This document shows positions 19,387 through 29,025 of a DNA stretch of 49,803 nucleotides, piece by piece (position 1 is the stretch's first letter; the number at the start of each line of letters is the position of its first letter). The stretch is from an uncultured Syntrophomonadaceae bacterium (GTDB lineage: Bacteria; Bacillota; Dethiobacteria; DTU022): the NCBI GenBank assembly GCA_964458455.1, contig CAYWIY010000003.1, forward strand, positions 1 through 49,803, written 5' to 3'. A program made the translations under genes and the position numbers. The notes under the pieces are model-generated. The model searched no databases and had not been told where the DNA came from. It saw nothing but the letters and a program-made list of their open reading frames with translations.

Positions 19387-19668
19387 AAAGCGATGCAGAA
19401 GGAAAGTAGGTTGAGCGGGCCGCCATTCAGAGAGGCCGGGTCAGAGGCTGCAAGCCCGGCCGGCAGAGCACTCAACTGAAGTTCCCTTTGAAGCTGTTTG
19501 CTGAAAACTCCCCGGGGGTAAAGTAGGCGTAAACGGTTCTTCCCCGTTAAAGGAAGCAGGTATCGGCAGCTTAACAGGCAGCCCGTACTGAATGAGTGGA
19601 TGATCATCAAATTGGGTGGTACCGCGGATTGACTATCCGTCCCTTAGGGGGCGGTTTTTATTTTATAT
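19387..19668 (+). promoter_or_regulatory. T-box leader (tRNA-sensing riboswitch) controlling aroF-pheA; specifier most plausibly UUC (Phe)
   Basis: Stem I has AGUA (19405-19408) opposite GAA (19478-19480), the AG-bulge AGAGAG (19429-19434) and a distal GGGUCAGAGG loop. The canonical T-box sequence AAAUUGGGUGGUACCGCGG lies at 19609-19627. A terminator CCGUCCC/GGGGCGG (19637-19654) is followed by UUUUUAUUUU. A TATAAT -10 element sits at 19374-19379. Confidence 0.85.
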
Positions 19669-19701
19669 ATACCATATTTATCTTTGAAAGGGGTTATAGC
19701 A

Positions 19702-20751
19702 ATGATTGTTGTAATGCAGACGGAGGCAGAAAAAAAACAGGTAGAAGGCGTGGAAAAAAAACTGGAGGAAATGGGCTTTGCCCCGCACCGGATCCAGGGC
19801 GCCGGAAGAGTTGTTATCGGGGCGGTAGGTGAAAAGAAAGTTGTTTTTCCAACCGGCCTGGAAGCGCTGCCCGGGGTTGACAGGGTTGTCCCCATCAGCG
19901 CTCCTTATAAACTGGTCAGCAGGGAGGCCAAGGAAACCAGCAGTGTGGTGGAAGTTGGAGATATTAAGATCGGCGGAGACGAAATTGTTGTAATGGCCGG
20001 TCCCTGTGCCGTGGAGAGCGAAGAACAGCTTATTACCATAGCCCGGCAGGTAAAAGCGGCAGGAGCCCAGGTGCTTCGCGGGGGAGCCTTCAAGCCCCGG
20101 TCCTCTCCGTACAGCTTCCAGGGATTAGAGCTTGATGGCCTGAAAATGCTCAACCGGGCCCGGGAAGAAACCGGCTTGAAAATAGTAACCGAAGTTTTAA
20201 ACCCCCAGGAAGTTGAACTGGTTGCCGATTACACCGATGTTATTCAAGTCGGGGCCAGGAATATGCAAAACTTCTCACTGCTCCGCGAAGTGGGCCGGAC
20301 CAATAAACCGGTAATGCTTAAAAGGGGCCTGGCTGCCACCCTGGAAGAGTGGTTGATGGCGGCAGAATATATTCTCGCTGAAGATAATTTCCAGGTGATC
20401 CTGTGTGAAAGAGGAATCCGCACTTTTGAAACGTCCACCAGGAGCACCCTGGATATAAGCGCCATTCCCCAGGCTAAAAGCATGACTCATCTTCCAGTGA
20501 TTGCCGATCCCTGCCACTCCAGCGGCACCTGGAAGTTAGCCTCACCCCTGTCCCGGGCGGCTATAGCGGCTGGCGCGGACGGGCTTTTAATCGAAGTGCA
20601 TCACCGGCCGTCCGAAGCTCTTTGTGACGGGCCCCAATCGCTTACCCCGGAAAAGTTCTCCCGCCTCCTCTCTTCACTGCAACCTGTTGCAGAAGCCGTG
20701 GGCCGAAGGGTGTGCACCGGAGAAGATTTGTCAATGACGGGAGGAATTTAA
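19702..20751 (+). CDS. aroF: 3-deoxy-7-phosphoheptulonate (DAHP) synthase, type I-beta, with N-terminal ferredoxin-like/ACT-like regulatory domain
   Basis: N-terminal ~70 aa MIVVMQTEAEKKQVEGVEKKLEEMGFAPHRIQGAGRVVIGAVG resemble the Thermotoga-type regulatory domain. Then GPCAVESEEQ, LRGGAFKPRSSPYSFQG, KRG and DPCHSSG catalytic motifs. Start at ATG 19702. Confidence 0.92.
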   Translation: MIVVMQTEAEKKQVEGVEKKLEEMGFAPHRIQGAGRVVIGAVGEKKVVFPTGLEALPGVDRVVPISAPYKLVSREAKETSSVVEVGDIKIGGDEIVVMAGPCAVESEEQLITIARQVKAAGAQVLRGGAFKPRSSPYSFQGLELDGLKMLNRAREETGLKIVTEVLNPQEVELVADYTDVIQVGARNMQNFSLLREVGRTNKPVMLKRGLAATLEEWLMAAEYILAEDNFQVILCERGIRTFETSTRSTLDISAIPQAKSMTHLPVIADPCHSSGTWKLASPLSRAAIAAGADGLLIEVHHRPSEALCDGPQSLTPEKFSRLLSSLQPVAEAVGRRVCTGEDLSMTGGI

Positions 20752-20754
20752 GCC

Positions 20755-21585
20755 ATGTCATCATGCCGGGTTGGTTATCTTGGTCCACAGGGCACATTTT
20801 CTGAAGAAGCAGCCCTGCTGTATAAAATGAGAACAGGCTGCAGCCTCTTTGAATACCCGAGCATAGGCGCAGTATTAGAAGCAGTGATGGCAGGGGAAAT
20901 TAAGCAGGGGCTGGTTCCTTTGGAAAATCGCCTGGAGGGCGGCGTAGGAGCTACCCTGGATCATTTAGCCGTTAATGAAGGCATTTACATCAGGCAGGAA
21001 ATCAATTACCCGATCAGGCAGTGCTTGATGTCTGCTGAACAAATAAAATTTGAGCAAATCACTGCTGTTCTTTCTCATCCCCATGCGCTCGGGCAGTGCT
21101 CTGCATTTATTAAAAAGCACCTGCCCGGTGTACAATGCATGCCTGTTGAAAGTACCGCCGCTGCCGCAAAAAGCCTGGTCGGCAAAGAATCTTATGCTGC
21201 AATCGCGCCACGGAGGGCTGCTGAATTGTTCAATTTATCCATTCTCAGTGAAGGCATCGAAGATAACAAGGAAAATGTTACTCGTTTTGTTATTGCTTCC
21301 ACCGAAGACCGGGCGGCAACCGGGGATGACAAGACTTCGCTGGTGTTAACCGTACCGGATCAGCCCGGGAGCCTTTACCGCGTTCTGGGCTGCTTTGCCC
21401 GGCGCGGGATCAACTTGACCCGGATTGAGTCGCGGCCATCACGCCGGATAATCGGGGACTGGCTCTTTTTTATTGACTGCGAAGGTCATCGAAGTGATCT
21501 CGAAAAGGGCGCTTTGTGGGAAGAAGTGAACAGGGAGACAAACTTTTTAAAGCTGCTCGGATCATATCCCAGGGATAAGGCTTAA
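20755..21585 (+). CDS. pheA: prephenate dehydratase with C-terminal ACT domain
   Basis: VGYLGPQGTFSEEAA, TRFV and ESRPS motifs, plus an ACT domain (TSLVLTVPDQPGSLYRVLG.FA..GINLTRIESRP). Confidence 0.92.
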   Translation: MSSCRVGYLGPQGTFSEEAALLYKMRTGCSLFEYPSIGAVLEAVMAGEIKQGLVPLENRLEGGVGATLDHLAVNEGIYIRQEINYPIRQCLMSAEQIKFEQITAVLSHPHALGQCSAFIKKHLPGVQCMPVESTAAAAKSLVGKESYAAIAPRRAAELFNLSILSEGIEDNKENVTRFVIASTEDRAATGDDKTSLVLTVPDQPGSLYRVLGCFARRGINLTRIESRPSRRIIGDWLFFIDCEGHRSDLEKGALWEEVNRETNFLKLLGSYPRDKA

Positions 21586-21638
21586 GCAGAAGGTACCTCA
21601 GTGCTGGTAACTACTTTAAAAGAGCAGCTAAAGGCTGG

Positions 21639-21667
21639 TTGACGCTTTCAGGCGCGAAGGGTACAAT
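21639..21667 (+). promoter_or_regulatory. sigma-A-type promoter between pheA and mfd
   Basis: TTGACG (21639-21644), a 17-bp spacer, then TACAAT (21662-21667). Confidence 0.5.
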
Positions 21668-21740
21668 GGATATTACAATAAAACACTAACTGCCGGGTTT
21701 CTTTCAACCTTCTTCAGGGCTAAAATGCCCGGCAGCCCAA

Positions 21741-21771
21741 CAGGGGGTAATTATTATTTCCCCCCTGTTTT
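21741..21771 (+). terminator. rho-independent terminator-like hairpin between the 21639 promoter and mfd
   Basis: CAGGGGG (21741-21747) pairs with CCCCCTG (21761-21767), followed by TTTT. It is preceded by a second hairpin, CTGCCGGG (21690-21697) pairing with CCCGGCAG (21728-21735). Confidence 0.7.
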
Positions 21772-21824
21772 GGTGTACATTATAAAAGTTTGAGTTACGA
21801 GGTTAATTTGCAGGGAGGATTAAT

Positions 21825-24800
21825 GTGGCAGAGACACTCCAGGATATACTTGATTTGTGGGCTGAAGATGATACCTTCAACACTTTAAAAACTAAAGCTT
21901 CCAGCCAGGCCGGTTACCGGGCCATGGTTACCGGTTTGGATACCGGTGTACGGGCCTTTTTCATGGCAGCGCTGGCCCGGCAATGTGGGATGCCTGCCCT
22001 AATCATAGCCCGCGACGCAGCCAGGGCAGAAAAGCTTTATTCAGAGCTGTCCGGTTTTTTCCCCGGCCAGGTGGGCCTGCTTCCCTCCCGGGAATATTTC
22101 ATGAATACAGAAGTGCTGACCAGGAGTGAAGAATACCAGCAAATGCGCCTGCAGTTTTTGGAATGGCTTTCTGGAGGCGGGGAAGGTATTTATGTTTCAA
22201 CCAGCAGGGCCCTTTTCTCAAAAATGGTTCCAGCAAGCACCTGGTCCGATTTGACTCTGCATTTTCAGCCAGGCCAGAGACTGGACCGTGAACAACTTAT
22301 TACCCATCTCATAAGGATCGGTTATGAACGGTCATCCCTGACTGAAACCAGGGGACATTTCAGCGCCAGGGGCGACGTGGTCGATATTTACCCGCCGGCG
22401 TACCAGTATCCTTTCCGCATCGAGCTTTTTGATGATATTATCGAGTCGATCCGCCTTTACGATCCCGCCACCCAGCGCTCTACCGGGCAACTTTCGGAAG
22501 CTTCCGCCATGCCTGCCCGGGAGTTGATCATAACTGAAGATCTCTACCGCCGGGGTGAAAAGGTGGTTCGACAATCACTGGAGCGGGCCCTTTCCAGGCT
22601 ACGCAGCCGGGGGGAAAAAGAAGCCGCCTCCAAATTGGACCAGGAAGTAAACCGTCACCTGCAAAGACTGGCTGAACCAGGGGGGCTGGATTACCTGGGC
22701 AGCTATCTTCCTTTCTTTTACGATCAGGAGGGAGCAATGGTGGATTACCTTCCTTCCCGCTTTTTGGTTTTGGTTGAAGATCCTCCAGCAGTAGCCGAGG
22801 CCGCAGAGAATTTCCGGAGTGAATTTGAGAACTACTTTAACAGCAGTCTCCTGGAAAAAGAATTGATCGCTTCTCCCGACCGGTTGTTTTGGAGTGAAGA
22901 AGAACTGTTCCGGCGGCTTCCTTGCCCCCTGGTAAGTTGCTCGCTCTTCCAGGGGACAGCGGGGTTGTTCCAGCCCGGGCAATCCTTTAGCTTCGAATCA
23001 AAAGGTGTGCCTTATTACCACGGGCAGTGGGAACTTTTCAAAAACGATTACCAAAACTGGCTTGAAAATAGTTACCGGGTTTACATGATGGCTGTTTCCA
23101 CCGGGAGAGGGCAAAACCTGTTGCAGCAGCTCTCAGACCAGGGTGTATTTTATGCTCAAAACGAAAACGTTGTTGAGCAAAACGCTAGAAACACCTTTGC
23201 TTCCGGAGCTCTCCCCCTTCCTCCGGTGATCGAGGGCCGGTTGGAGGAAGGGTTTGTCTTGCCGAACTTGAAGTTGGCCCTGGTTACGGAGCACAACCTG
23301 CTCCCGCAGCGAAAGAAGAAAAAGCGCCTCCGTCACCGGGAAGGTATCCGCCTCAGTGATTACAGAGATTTGAATACCGGTGATTATGTAGTCCATGAAC
23401 AGCACGGCATCGGCAAGTACCAGGGGGTAAGCACCCTTGAAATTGGAGGTGTAAAACGAGATTACCTCCTATTGAAATACCGGGGGACGGATAAGCTCTA
23501 TATTCCCGTGGATCAAATCGGGATGATCCAGAAATACTCCGGTGGGGAAGGCCATGCTCCACGCCTGCACAGCCTTGGCGGTGGGGAATGGCAGAAGCTC
23601 AAAACCAGGGCCAACCAGGCTGTGGAAGAGCTGGCCCGGGAGTTGTTGTCGCTGTATGCTGCCAGGCAGGCGTCTGAAGGGTATAGCTTTGGGCCCGATC
23701 ATCCCTGGCAGCAGGAATTTGAAACCCATTTTCCCTATGAAGAAACTCCGGACCAGATGCAGGCTATTAGCGATGTCAAGGCGGACCTGGAAAAGCCCTA
23801 TCCCATGGATCGCCTTATTTGCGGCGATGTTGGTTATGGAAAAACCGAAGTGGCTATGCGCGCTGCATTCAAGGTTGTTATGGAAGGGAAACAGGTGGCC
23901 GTCCTGGTGCCCACTACTGTTCTTGCCCAGCAACACTACCGGACCTTCAAGGAGCGATTTGAAAGCTTTCCGGTCCGCATTGCCCAGCTTAGCCGCTTTG
24001 TTTCACGTAACGAGCAAAAAGAAGTGCTAAAAGATCTTGCTGCCGGGAAGATAGATATTGTTATTGGCACCCACCGCCTGTTATCGGGTGACATCCAGTT
24101 TAACGACCCTGGTTTGCTGGTGCTCGATGAGGAGCAGCGGTTTGGGGTGCGGCAAAAAGAAAAAATCAGGAAAATGCGGCTGGAAATCGATACTTTGGCT
24201 ATGAGCGCAACCCCCATTCCAAGGACTCTCCACCTGTCCCTTTCCGGGGCCAGGGACTTAAGCGTTATCGACACACCACCGGAGGATCGTTACCCGGTGC
24301 AGACTTATGTCCTGGAGTATTCTGATGATTTGGTTCGGGAAGCGGTTTACCGCGAACTTAACCGGGGCGGGCAGGTATTCATCGTGTTCAACCGGGTTGC
24401 ACAAATCGAGGCCTTTGCTGAAAAGATCAGGAAAATGTTTCCCGGCGTTTCTGTAGCCGTGGGACACGGCAGGATGGCTGAAGCTGCCCTGGAAAGGATC
24501 ATGGCCGATTTCCTGGAAGGGCGTTACCAGGTCCTGGTTTGCACGACCATAATCGAATCCGGGCTCGATATCCCCAATGTCAATACCCTGATTATCAATG
24601 AAGCGGACAAGTTCGGGTTGGCCCAGCTTTACCAGATCAGGGGCCGGGTGGGGCGTTCAAACCGCCTGGCTTATGCATACTTAACTTACCGTAAAGACCG
24701 GATTGTTAATGAAACCGCCCAAAAGAGGCTGAAAGCGGTAAAAGAATTTACCGAGCTTGGATCCGGGTTCAAAATAGCCCTGCGCGACCTGGAAATCAGG

Positions 24801-25409
24801 GGCGCAGGCAATATCCTCGGGGCCGAGCAGCACGGCTTTATTACGGCCATCGGCTTTGACCTCTACTGCAAACTGTTGGAAAACAAGGTGGCGGAGCTTA
24901 AAGGCCAACAACCGCAAGAAATAGTCAAGCCGCGCCTTGAACTGGGAGTCAGCGCTTATATTCCAGCGTCTTACATTGAATCGCAGGCTCAAAAAGTAGA
25001 TTTCTACCAGCGGATCTACAATGCCGCTTCAAACGAAGAGCTGCAGGAAATCGAAGAAGAGCTAACCGACCGGTACGGTTCGCCGGTTGAACCGGTCAAC
25101 AACCTTCTTACCGCCGGCCGGGTCAGGATCCTGGCTGCCGGGCTGGGCATTGAATTAATTCAACAGCAGCGAGCTATTCTGATCCAGTTTTCCCGCCGGG
25201 CCCGGGCCGACCGAAGCTTAATAGAAAATACATCATACTTCAAAGAAGGTGCAGTCAGGATTAAAGATGATAACCCGCTTAAACTTAAATTCACCCCGGA
25301 AGGGTATGAAAAACAGCGGGGCCGGGCAGGTTCGTTAATTGAGTTGATTCTTTTGCTCGAAGAAATTGATGCTTTGCGCAGGAAGTCCGGCAGTAGCTGT
25401 AATAGCTAA
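21825..25409 (+). CDS. mfd: transcription-repair coupling factor
   Basis: 1194 aa. UvrB-homology N-terminus, CarD/TRCF RNAP-interacting domain (GDYVVHEQHGIGKY), superfamily-2 helicase motifs (CGDVGYGKTEVA, DEEQRFGV, ATPIPRT) and a TRG motif region. GTG start after GGGAGG. Confidence 0.97.
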   Translation: MAETLQDILDLWAEDDTFNTLKTKASSQAGYRAMVTGLDTGVRAFFMAALARQCGMPALIIARDAARAEKLYSELSGFFPGQVGLLPSREYFMNTEVLTRSEEYQQMRLQFLEWLSGGGEGIYVSTSRALFSKMVPASTWSDLTLHFQPGQRLDREQLITHLIRIGYERSSLTETRGHFSARGDVVDIYPPAYQYPFRIELFDDIIESIRLYDPATQRSTGQLSEASAMPARELIITEDLYRRGEKVVRQSLERALSRLRSRGEKEAASKLDQEVNRHLQRLAEPGGLDYLGSYLPFFYDQEGAMVDYLPSRFLVLVEDPPAVAEAAENFRSEFENYFNSSLLEKELIASPDRLFWSEEELFRRLPCPLVSCSLFQGTAGLFQPGQSFSFESKGVPYYHGQWELFKNDYQNWLENSYRVYMMAVSTGRGQNLLQQLSDQGVFYAQNENVVEQNARNTFASGALPLPPVIEGRLEEGFVLPNLKLALVTEHNLLPQRKKKKRLRHREGIRLSDYRDLNTGDYVVHEQHGIGKYQGVSTLEIGGVKRDYLLLKYRGTDKLYIPVDQIGMIQKYSGGEGHAPRLHSLGGGEWQKLKTRANQAVEELARELLSLYAARQASEGYSFGPDHPWQQEFETHFPYEETPDQMQAISDVKADLEKPYPMDRLICGDVGYGKTEVAMRAAFKVVMEGKQVAVLVPTTVLAQQHYRTFKERFESFPVRIAQLSRFVSRNEQKEVLKDLAAGKIDIVIGTHRLLSGDIQFNDPGLLVLDEEQRFGVRQKEKIRKMRLEIDTLAMSATPIPRTLHLSLSGARDLSVIDTPPEDRYPVQTYVLEYSDDLVREAVYRELNRGGQVFIVFNRVAQIEAFAEKIRKMFPGVSVAVGHGRMAEAALERIMADFLEGRYQVLVCTTIIESGLDIPNVNTLIINEADKFGLAQLYQIRGRVGRSNRLAYAYLTYRKDRIVNETAQKRLKAVKEFTELGSGFKIALRDLEIRGAGNILGAEQHGFITAIGFDLYCKLLENKVAELKGQQPQEIVKPRLELGVSAYIPASYIESQAQKVDFYQRIYNAASNEELQEIEEELTDRYGSPVEPVNNLLTAGRVRILAAGLGIELIQQQRAILIQFSRRARADRSLIENTSYFKEGAVRIKDDNPLKLKFTPEGYEKQRGRAGSLIELILLLEEIDALRRKSGSSCNS

Positions 25410-25413
25410 TTAC

Positions 25414-25422
25414 TGGTATAAT
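25414..25422 (+). promoter_or_regulatory. possible extended -10 promoter element for the flippase gene
   Basis: TGgTATAAT at 25414-25422, just after the mfd stop. No good -35 element. Confidence 0.35.
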
Positions 25423-25462
25423 ATTGTTCGATTATCAAAAAGCGGCAAAGAAGGGTAAATAA

Positions 25463-27094
25463 TTGTCTGCAACAAGCACCACTTTTGTCAAGGGAGCGGC
25501 CGTCCTGGCCCTGACCGGACTTGCCGCACGGGGTATCGGGGCTGTGTTCAGGATTGTCCTGGCGGCAATCATGGGCGATGAAGGGATTGGCCTTTTCATG
25601 TATGCCTACCCGGTTTATTCAACCCTCCTGGTCCTTTCCACTGCCGGTATCCCGGTTGCTCTTTCGAAAATTATGGCTGAAAAGATTGCCCTTCATGATT
25701 ACCGGGAAGCGTTGAGGGTATTCAAAGTTGCTTTCTTGATCCTGACCCTTACCGGGCTTACTATTACGATTGTCTTGATGGCGGGAGTGGAACTGTTTGC
25801 TGAATTGATCGTCCGGGATATGCAGGCAGTTTATCCCCTGCTGGCCATTTCCCCGGCTATTTTTTTCGTTACTATCATGGCGGCCCTGCGCGGCTTTTTC
25901 CAGGGCCAGCAAAACATGGTCCCTACCGCAGCTTCACAAATGCTGGAGCAGCTGGTCCGGGTAGTTTTTTCCATCGCCCTGGTGCTTTTTCTCCTGCCTA
26001 TAGGCCTTGAATTTGCCGCAGCAGGGGCTTCTTCAGGCGCAGCTGGCGGGGGGCTGGCCGGGTTTGTTCTCCTGGCCGTCCTCTACCGGGGCAGGCGGCG
26101 CTACCTTTATAACCTGGCTGTGCAGCAGGAAAGCCATACTCCGGATACGGTCAGGAATATAATCAGACGCCTGTTCCGCCTGGCGATACCGGTCACCATC
26201 GGCGGGCTGGTTATTCCCTTAATATCCTTGATTGACCTGGCCGTAGTGCCCAGGCAGCTGCAGGCCGCAGGGTTTGACCTGGAAACCGGCAGGGCACTAT
26301 ACGGACAGTTAACCGGGATGGCCGGGCCCGTTGTCTATTTTCCCAACGTGGTGGCCCTGGCCCTAAGCATCAGCCTGGTTCCGGCTATTTCTGAAGCTTT
26401 TACCCTGGGCAACGAGCTGCTGATCCGGCATCGTTCCGCCATAGCAGTTAAGCTGACGGTCCTTTTTTCTGCGCCGGCGGCGGCCGGCCTGTTTTTGCTG
26501 GCCGAACCGGTTACGGTGCTGCTGTATAACAATGCTGAAGCCGGCTATTCTCTTGCTTACATGTCCTGGTCGGTCATACCGCTTTGCCTGTACGTTTCTA
26601 CAACCGGTATCCTCCAGGGCCTCGGTAAGCCGATCCTCCCTGCTTTGAACATGTTTTACGGGGGTATAGTTAAAACTATCCTGGCCTGGTTCTTAACCCC
26701 CATCCCGGCCTTGAATGTGGGAGGGGCCGCCCTTGCTACCGTAATCGGGCTGGCTGTCGCTGCAGCCCTAAACCTGTTGCACGTGGCCCGTCATACCGGA
26801 TGGCGCGGCAACTGGCGCGAACAGATCCTGCTTCCTGCTGCCGCTGTTTTGGTTATGTCCGGATTTGTTATTATGGTTTACAATATAATTGATCGACTGG
26901 CTTTGCCGTACTTGACCGCGGGAACAGTTAACGGGTTGGCCACTTTCGGTGCAATTGCAATCGGAGTTGTTGTTTACGGCGCTTTTTTACTGGTTAGCGG
27001 CAGCCTGAGCAGGGAAGAGCTGCAGATGCTTCCGGTCCTGGGCGGTCCTCTTGCCGGCATTGCTGAAAGGTTCAGGTTGTTTCGCATATCTTGA
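25463..27094 (+). CDS. MOP-superfamily flippase (polysaccharide biosynthesis protein / SpoVB-MurJ-like, YabM position)
   Basis: 543 aa, about 14 predicted TM helices, N-terminus FVKGAAVLALTGLAARGIGAVFRI.LA..MGDEGIGLF typical of the SpoVB/YabM family. Synteny after mfd. Confidence 0.85.
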   Translation: MSATSTTFVKGAAVLALTGLAARGIGAVFRIVLAAIMGDEGIGLFMYAYPVYSTLLVLSTAGIPVALSKIMAEKIALHDYREALRVFKVAFLILTLTGLTITIVLMAGVELFAELIVRDMQAVYPLLAISPAIFFVTIMAALRGFFQGQQNMVPTAASQMLEQLVRVVFSIALVLFLLPIGLEFAAAGASSGAAGGGLAGFVLLAVLYRGRRRYLYNLAVQQESHTPDTVRNIIRRLFRLAIPVTIGGLVIPLISLIDLAVVPRQLQAAGFDLETGRALYGQLTGMAGPVVYFPNVVALALSISLVPAISEAFTLGNELLIRHRSAIAVKLTVLFSAPAAAGLFLLAEPVTVLLYNNAEAGYSLAYMSWSVIPLCLYVSTTGILQGLGKPILPALNMFYGGIVKTILAWFLTPIPALNVGGAALATVIGLAVAAALNLLHVARHTGWRGNWREQILLPAAAVLVMSGFVIMVYNIIDRLALPYLTAGTVNGLATFGAIAIGVVVYGAFLLVSGSLSREELQMLPVLGGPLAGIAERFRLFRIS

Positions 27095-27156
27095 TCGCAG
27101 GTAGCTGCCGGTTGCAGCGTGATGATAACGGCTTAAGGATAAGGGAAGGAGATTTG

Positions 27157-28626
27157 ATGGGTGAAATAGTTATTATCGGCCTCGGTCCGGGGCATCAAAA
27201 ACATTTAACCGGGGAAGCGAAGCAGCACCTCAACAGCAGCAGGCCTATATTTTTTAGGACCAGCAGGCACCCGGTTGCCCGTGTTTATAAGAGCGAAAGA
27301 AAATTTGCTTCCTTCGATCACTTATATGAAGAGGGTGAGCTTTTAGAGCAGGTCTACAGGGAGATTGTCCGCATCCTCTTGAAAGCTGTCCGAAAGCATA
27401 AAAAGATCTGTTATGCCGTGCCGGGCCATCCATTAACCGGGGAGGAAACAGTAAAAAAACTAACCAGGCTGGCCCCTAAAATAGGGATAAAGGTTAAAAT
27501 TGTACCGGGAATGAGCTTTCTCGGCCCGCTTCTCAATACTTTAGAAATAGATCTCCTGGACGGTGTCAAGGTCGTGGATGCGCTGGCCCTGGAACAGCTC
27601 AAGGAACCCAGCTCCAACCACCTGATCCTGGCGCAGGTCCATAACCGCCTTATTGCTTCCCAGGTAAAGCTGAAACTAATGGACTTATATCCAGCCGGCT
27701 ATCCAGTCACCGTTCTTCGTGCTGCCGGGTTGCGCCGGGAGCGAAAATTGACCATACCCCTTCACTCCCTGGACCGTTTCCCGGTTTTCGATCACTTAAC
27801 ATCTATCTATATCCCTCCCCATCGGGGTTACCTGGTTGGTGATCTGCTTGAAATCATGGCCAGGCTTCGCGCTGAAGATGGCTGCCCCTGGGACAGCCAG
27901 CAAACCAACCACAGTCTCCGGCAGTATTTGGTTGAAGAGGCCTACGAGGTAGTAGGGGCTATTGATGAAGGTGATGATTCCGCCTTGCGGGAAGAGCTTG
28001 GCGATGTGCTCCTGCAGGTTGTTTTCCATAGCAGGATTGCCAGTGAAGAAAACAGGTTTGATTTTTTCCAGGTCACAGATGGCATAGCATCCAAGCTTAT
28101 CAGGCGCCACCCCCATGTATTCGGCCGGGGCAGCGCTGCTGATGCTTCCGAGGTAAGGTTGAAATGGGAAGAGATCAAATCAAATGAAAAAAACAGCCAG
28201 AACAAGGAGCAAGATAAAAAAGCCGGGCCGACGATTAATATTGACCACTCCCTTCCCGCCCTGCTTAAGGCCTATAAGCTGCAGAAAAAAGCTGCCGACG
28301 TAGGATTTGACTGGCCCTGTGTCCAGGGCCCCCTGGAAAAAGCCCGTGAAGAGCTTGGCGAACTGGAAGAGGCCTATAATGCCGAGGACCCGGGCGCTGT
28401 TGAAGAAGAGCTTGGTGATTACCTGTTTACCATTGTTAACCTGGCCCGTTTCATGGGTGTGAATCCGGAACTGGCCCTGGGTAAGACAATTGGTAAATTC
28501 ATGAAACGTTTCCTTTATGTTCTAGAGCAGGCAGAAAAAACGGGGAGGCCGGCATCGGATTACTCCCTGGATCAGCTGGATAAATGGTGGGAAGAAGCTA
28601 AAAAAATAAGGAAAATAGGTAAATAA
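27157..28626 (+). CDS. mazG: YabN-type fusion: tetrapyrrole-methylase-like N-domain plus MazG nucleoside triphosphate pyrophosphohydrolase
   Basis: GEIVIIGLGPG...YAVPGHP N-domain. Two MazG repeats (EEAYEVVGAIDEGD...EELGDVLLQVVFH and EELGELEEAY...EELGDYLFTIVNLARF). Start at ATG 27157 gives 489 aa. Confidence 0.9.
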   Translation: MGEIVIIGLGPGHQKHLTGEAKQHLNSSRPIFFRTSRHPVARVYKSERKFASFDHLYEEGELLEQVYREIVRILLKAVRKHKKICYAVPGHPLTGEETVKKLTRLAPKIGIKVKIVPGMSFLGPLLNTLEIDLLDGVKVVDALALEQLKEPSSNHLILAQVHNRLIASQVKLKLMDLYPAGYPVTVLRAAGLRRERKLTIPLHSLDRFPVFDHLTSIYIPPHRGYLVGDLLEIMARLRAEDGCPWDSQQTNHSLRQYLVEEAYEVVGAIDEGDDSALREELGDVLLQVVFHSRIASEENRFDFFQVTDGIASKLIRRHPHVFGRGSAADASEVRLKWEEIKSNEKNSQNKEQDKKAGPTINIDHSLPALLKAYKLQKKAADVGFDWPCVQGPLEKAREELGELEEAYNAEDPGAVEEELGDYLFTIVNLARFMGVNPELALGKTIGKFMKRFLYVLEQAEKTGRPASDYSLDQLDKWWEEAKKIRKIGK

Positions 28627-28703
28627 AGCAGGAATCTTAAAAATAAGGTCGAATACACATTACCATAAAGGGAATCATATTATGCATGAGGAGGGCTTCT
28701 ACT

Positions 28704-28976
28704 GTGAATAAGTCTGAGCTTGTAGATCTGGTTGCAGAGAAAGCTGGAATGTCTAAAAAGGACAGCGAAAAAGCGGTTAAAGCGGTACTGGACGGCATTA
28801 CTGAAGGACTGGTAAAAGGCGATAAAGTCCAGCTGGTTGGATTTGGAACATTTGAAGTTCGCAACCGCAAAGAACGCGAAGGCCGCAATCCAGCTACGGG
28901 AGAAAAAATTAAGATTGAAGCACTGAAGGTACCCGCTTTTAAGCCGGGTAAGGCTTTGAAAGACAAAGTCAAATAA
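28704..28976 (+). CDS. hup: DNA-binding protein HU
   Basis: NKSELVDLVAEKAG.SKKD...AV.AV.DGITE.L..GDKVQLVGFGTFEVR.R.EREGRNP.TGE.I.I....PAFKPGKALKD. GTG start at 28704 after AGGAGGG gives 90 aa. Confidence 0.95.
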   Translation: MNKSELVDLVAEKAGMSKKDSEKAVKAVLDGITEGLVKGDKVQLVGFGTFEVRNRKEREGRNPATGEKIKIEALKVPAFKPGKALKDKVK

Positions 28977-29025
28977 CTTTAAGCAGGTTCGACAGTATAC
29001 TATTTGATGAACTATAGCACTGAGG

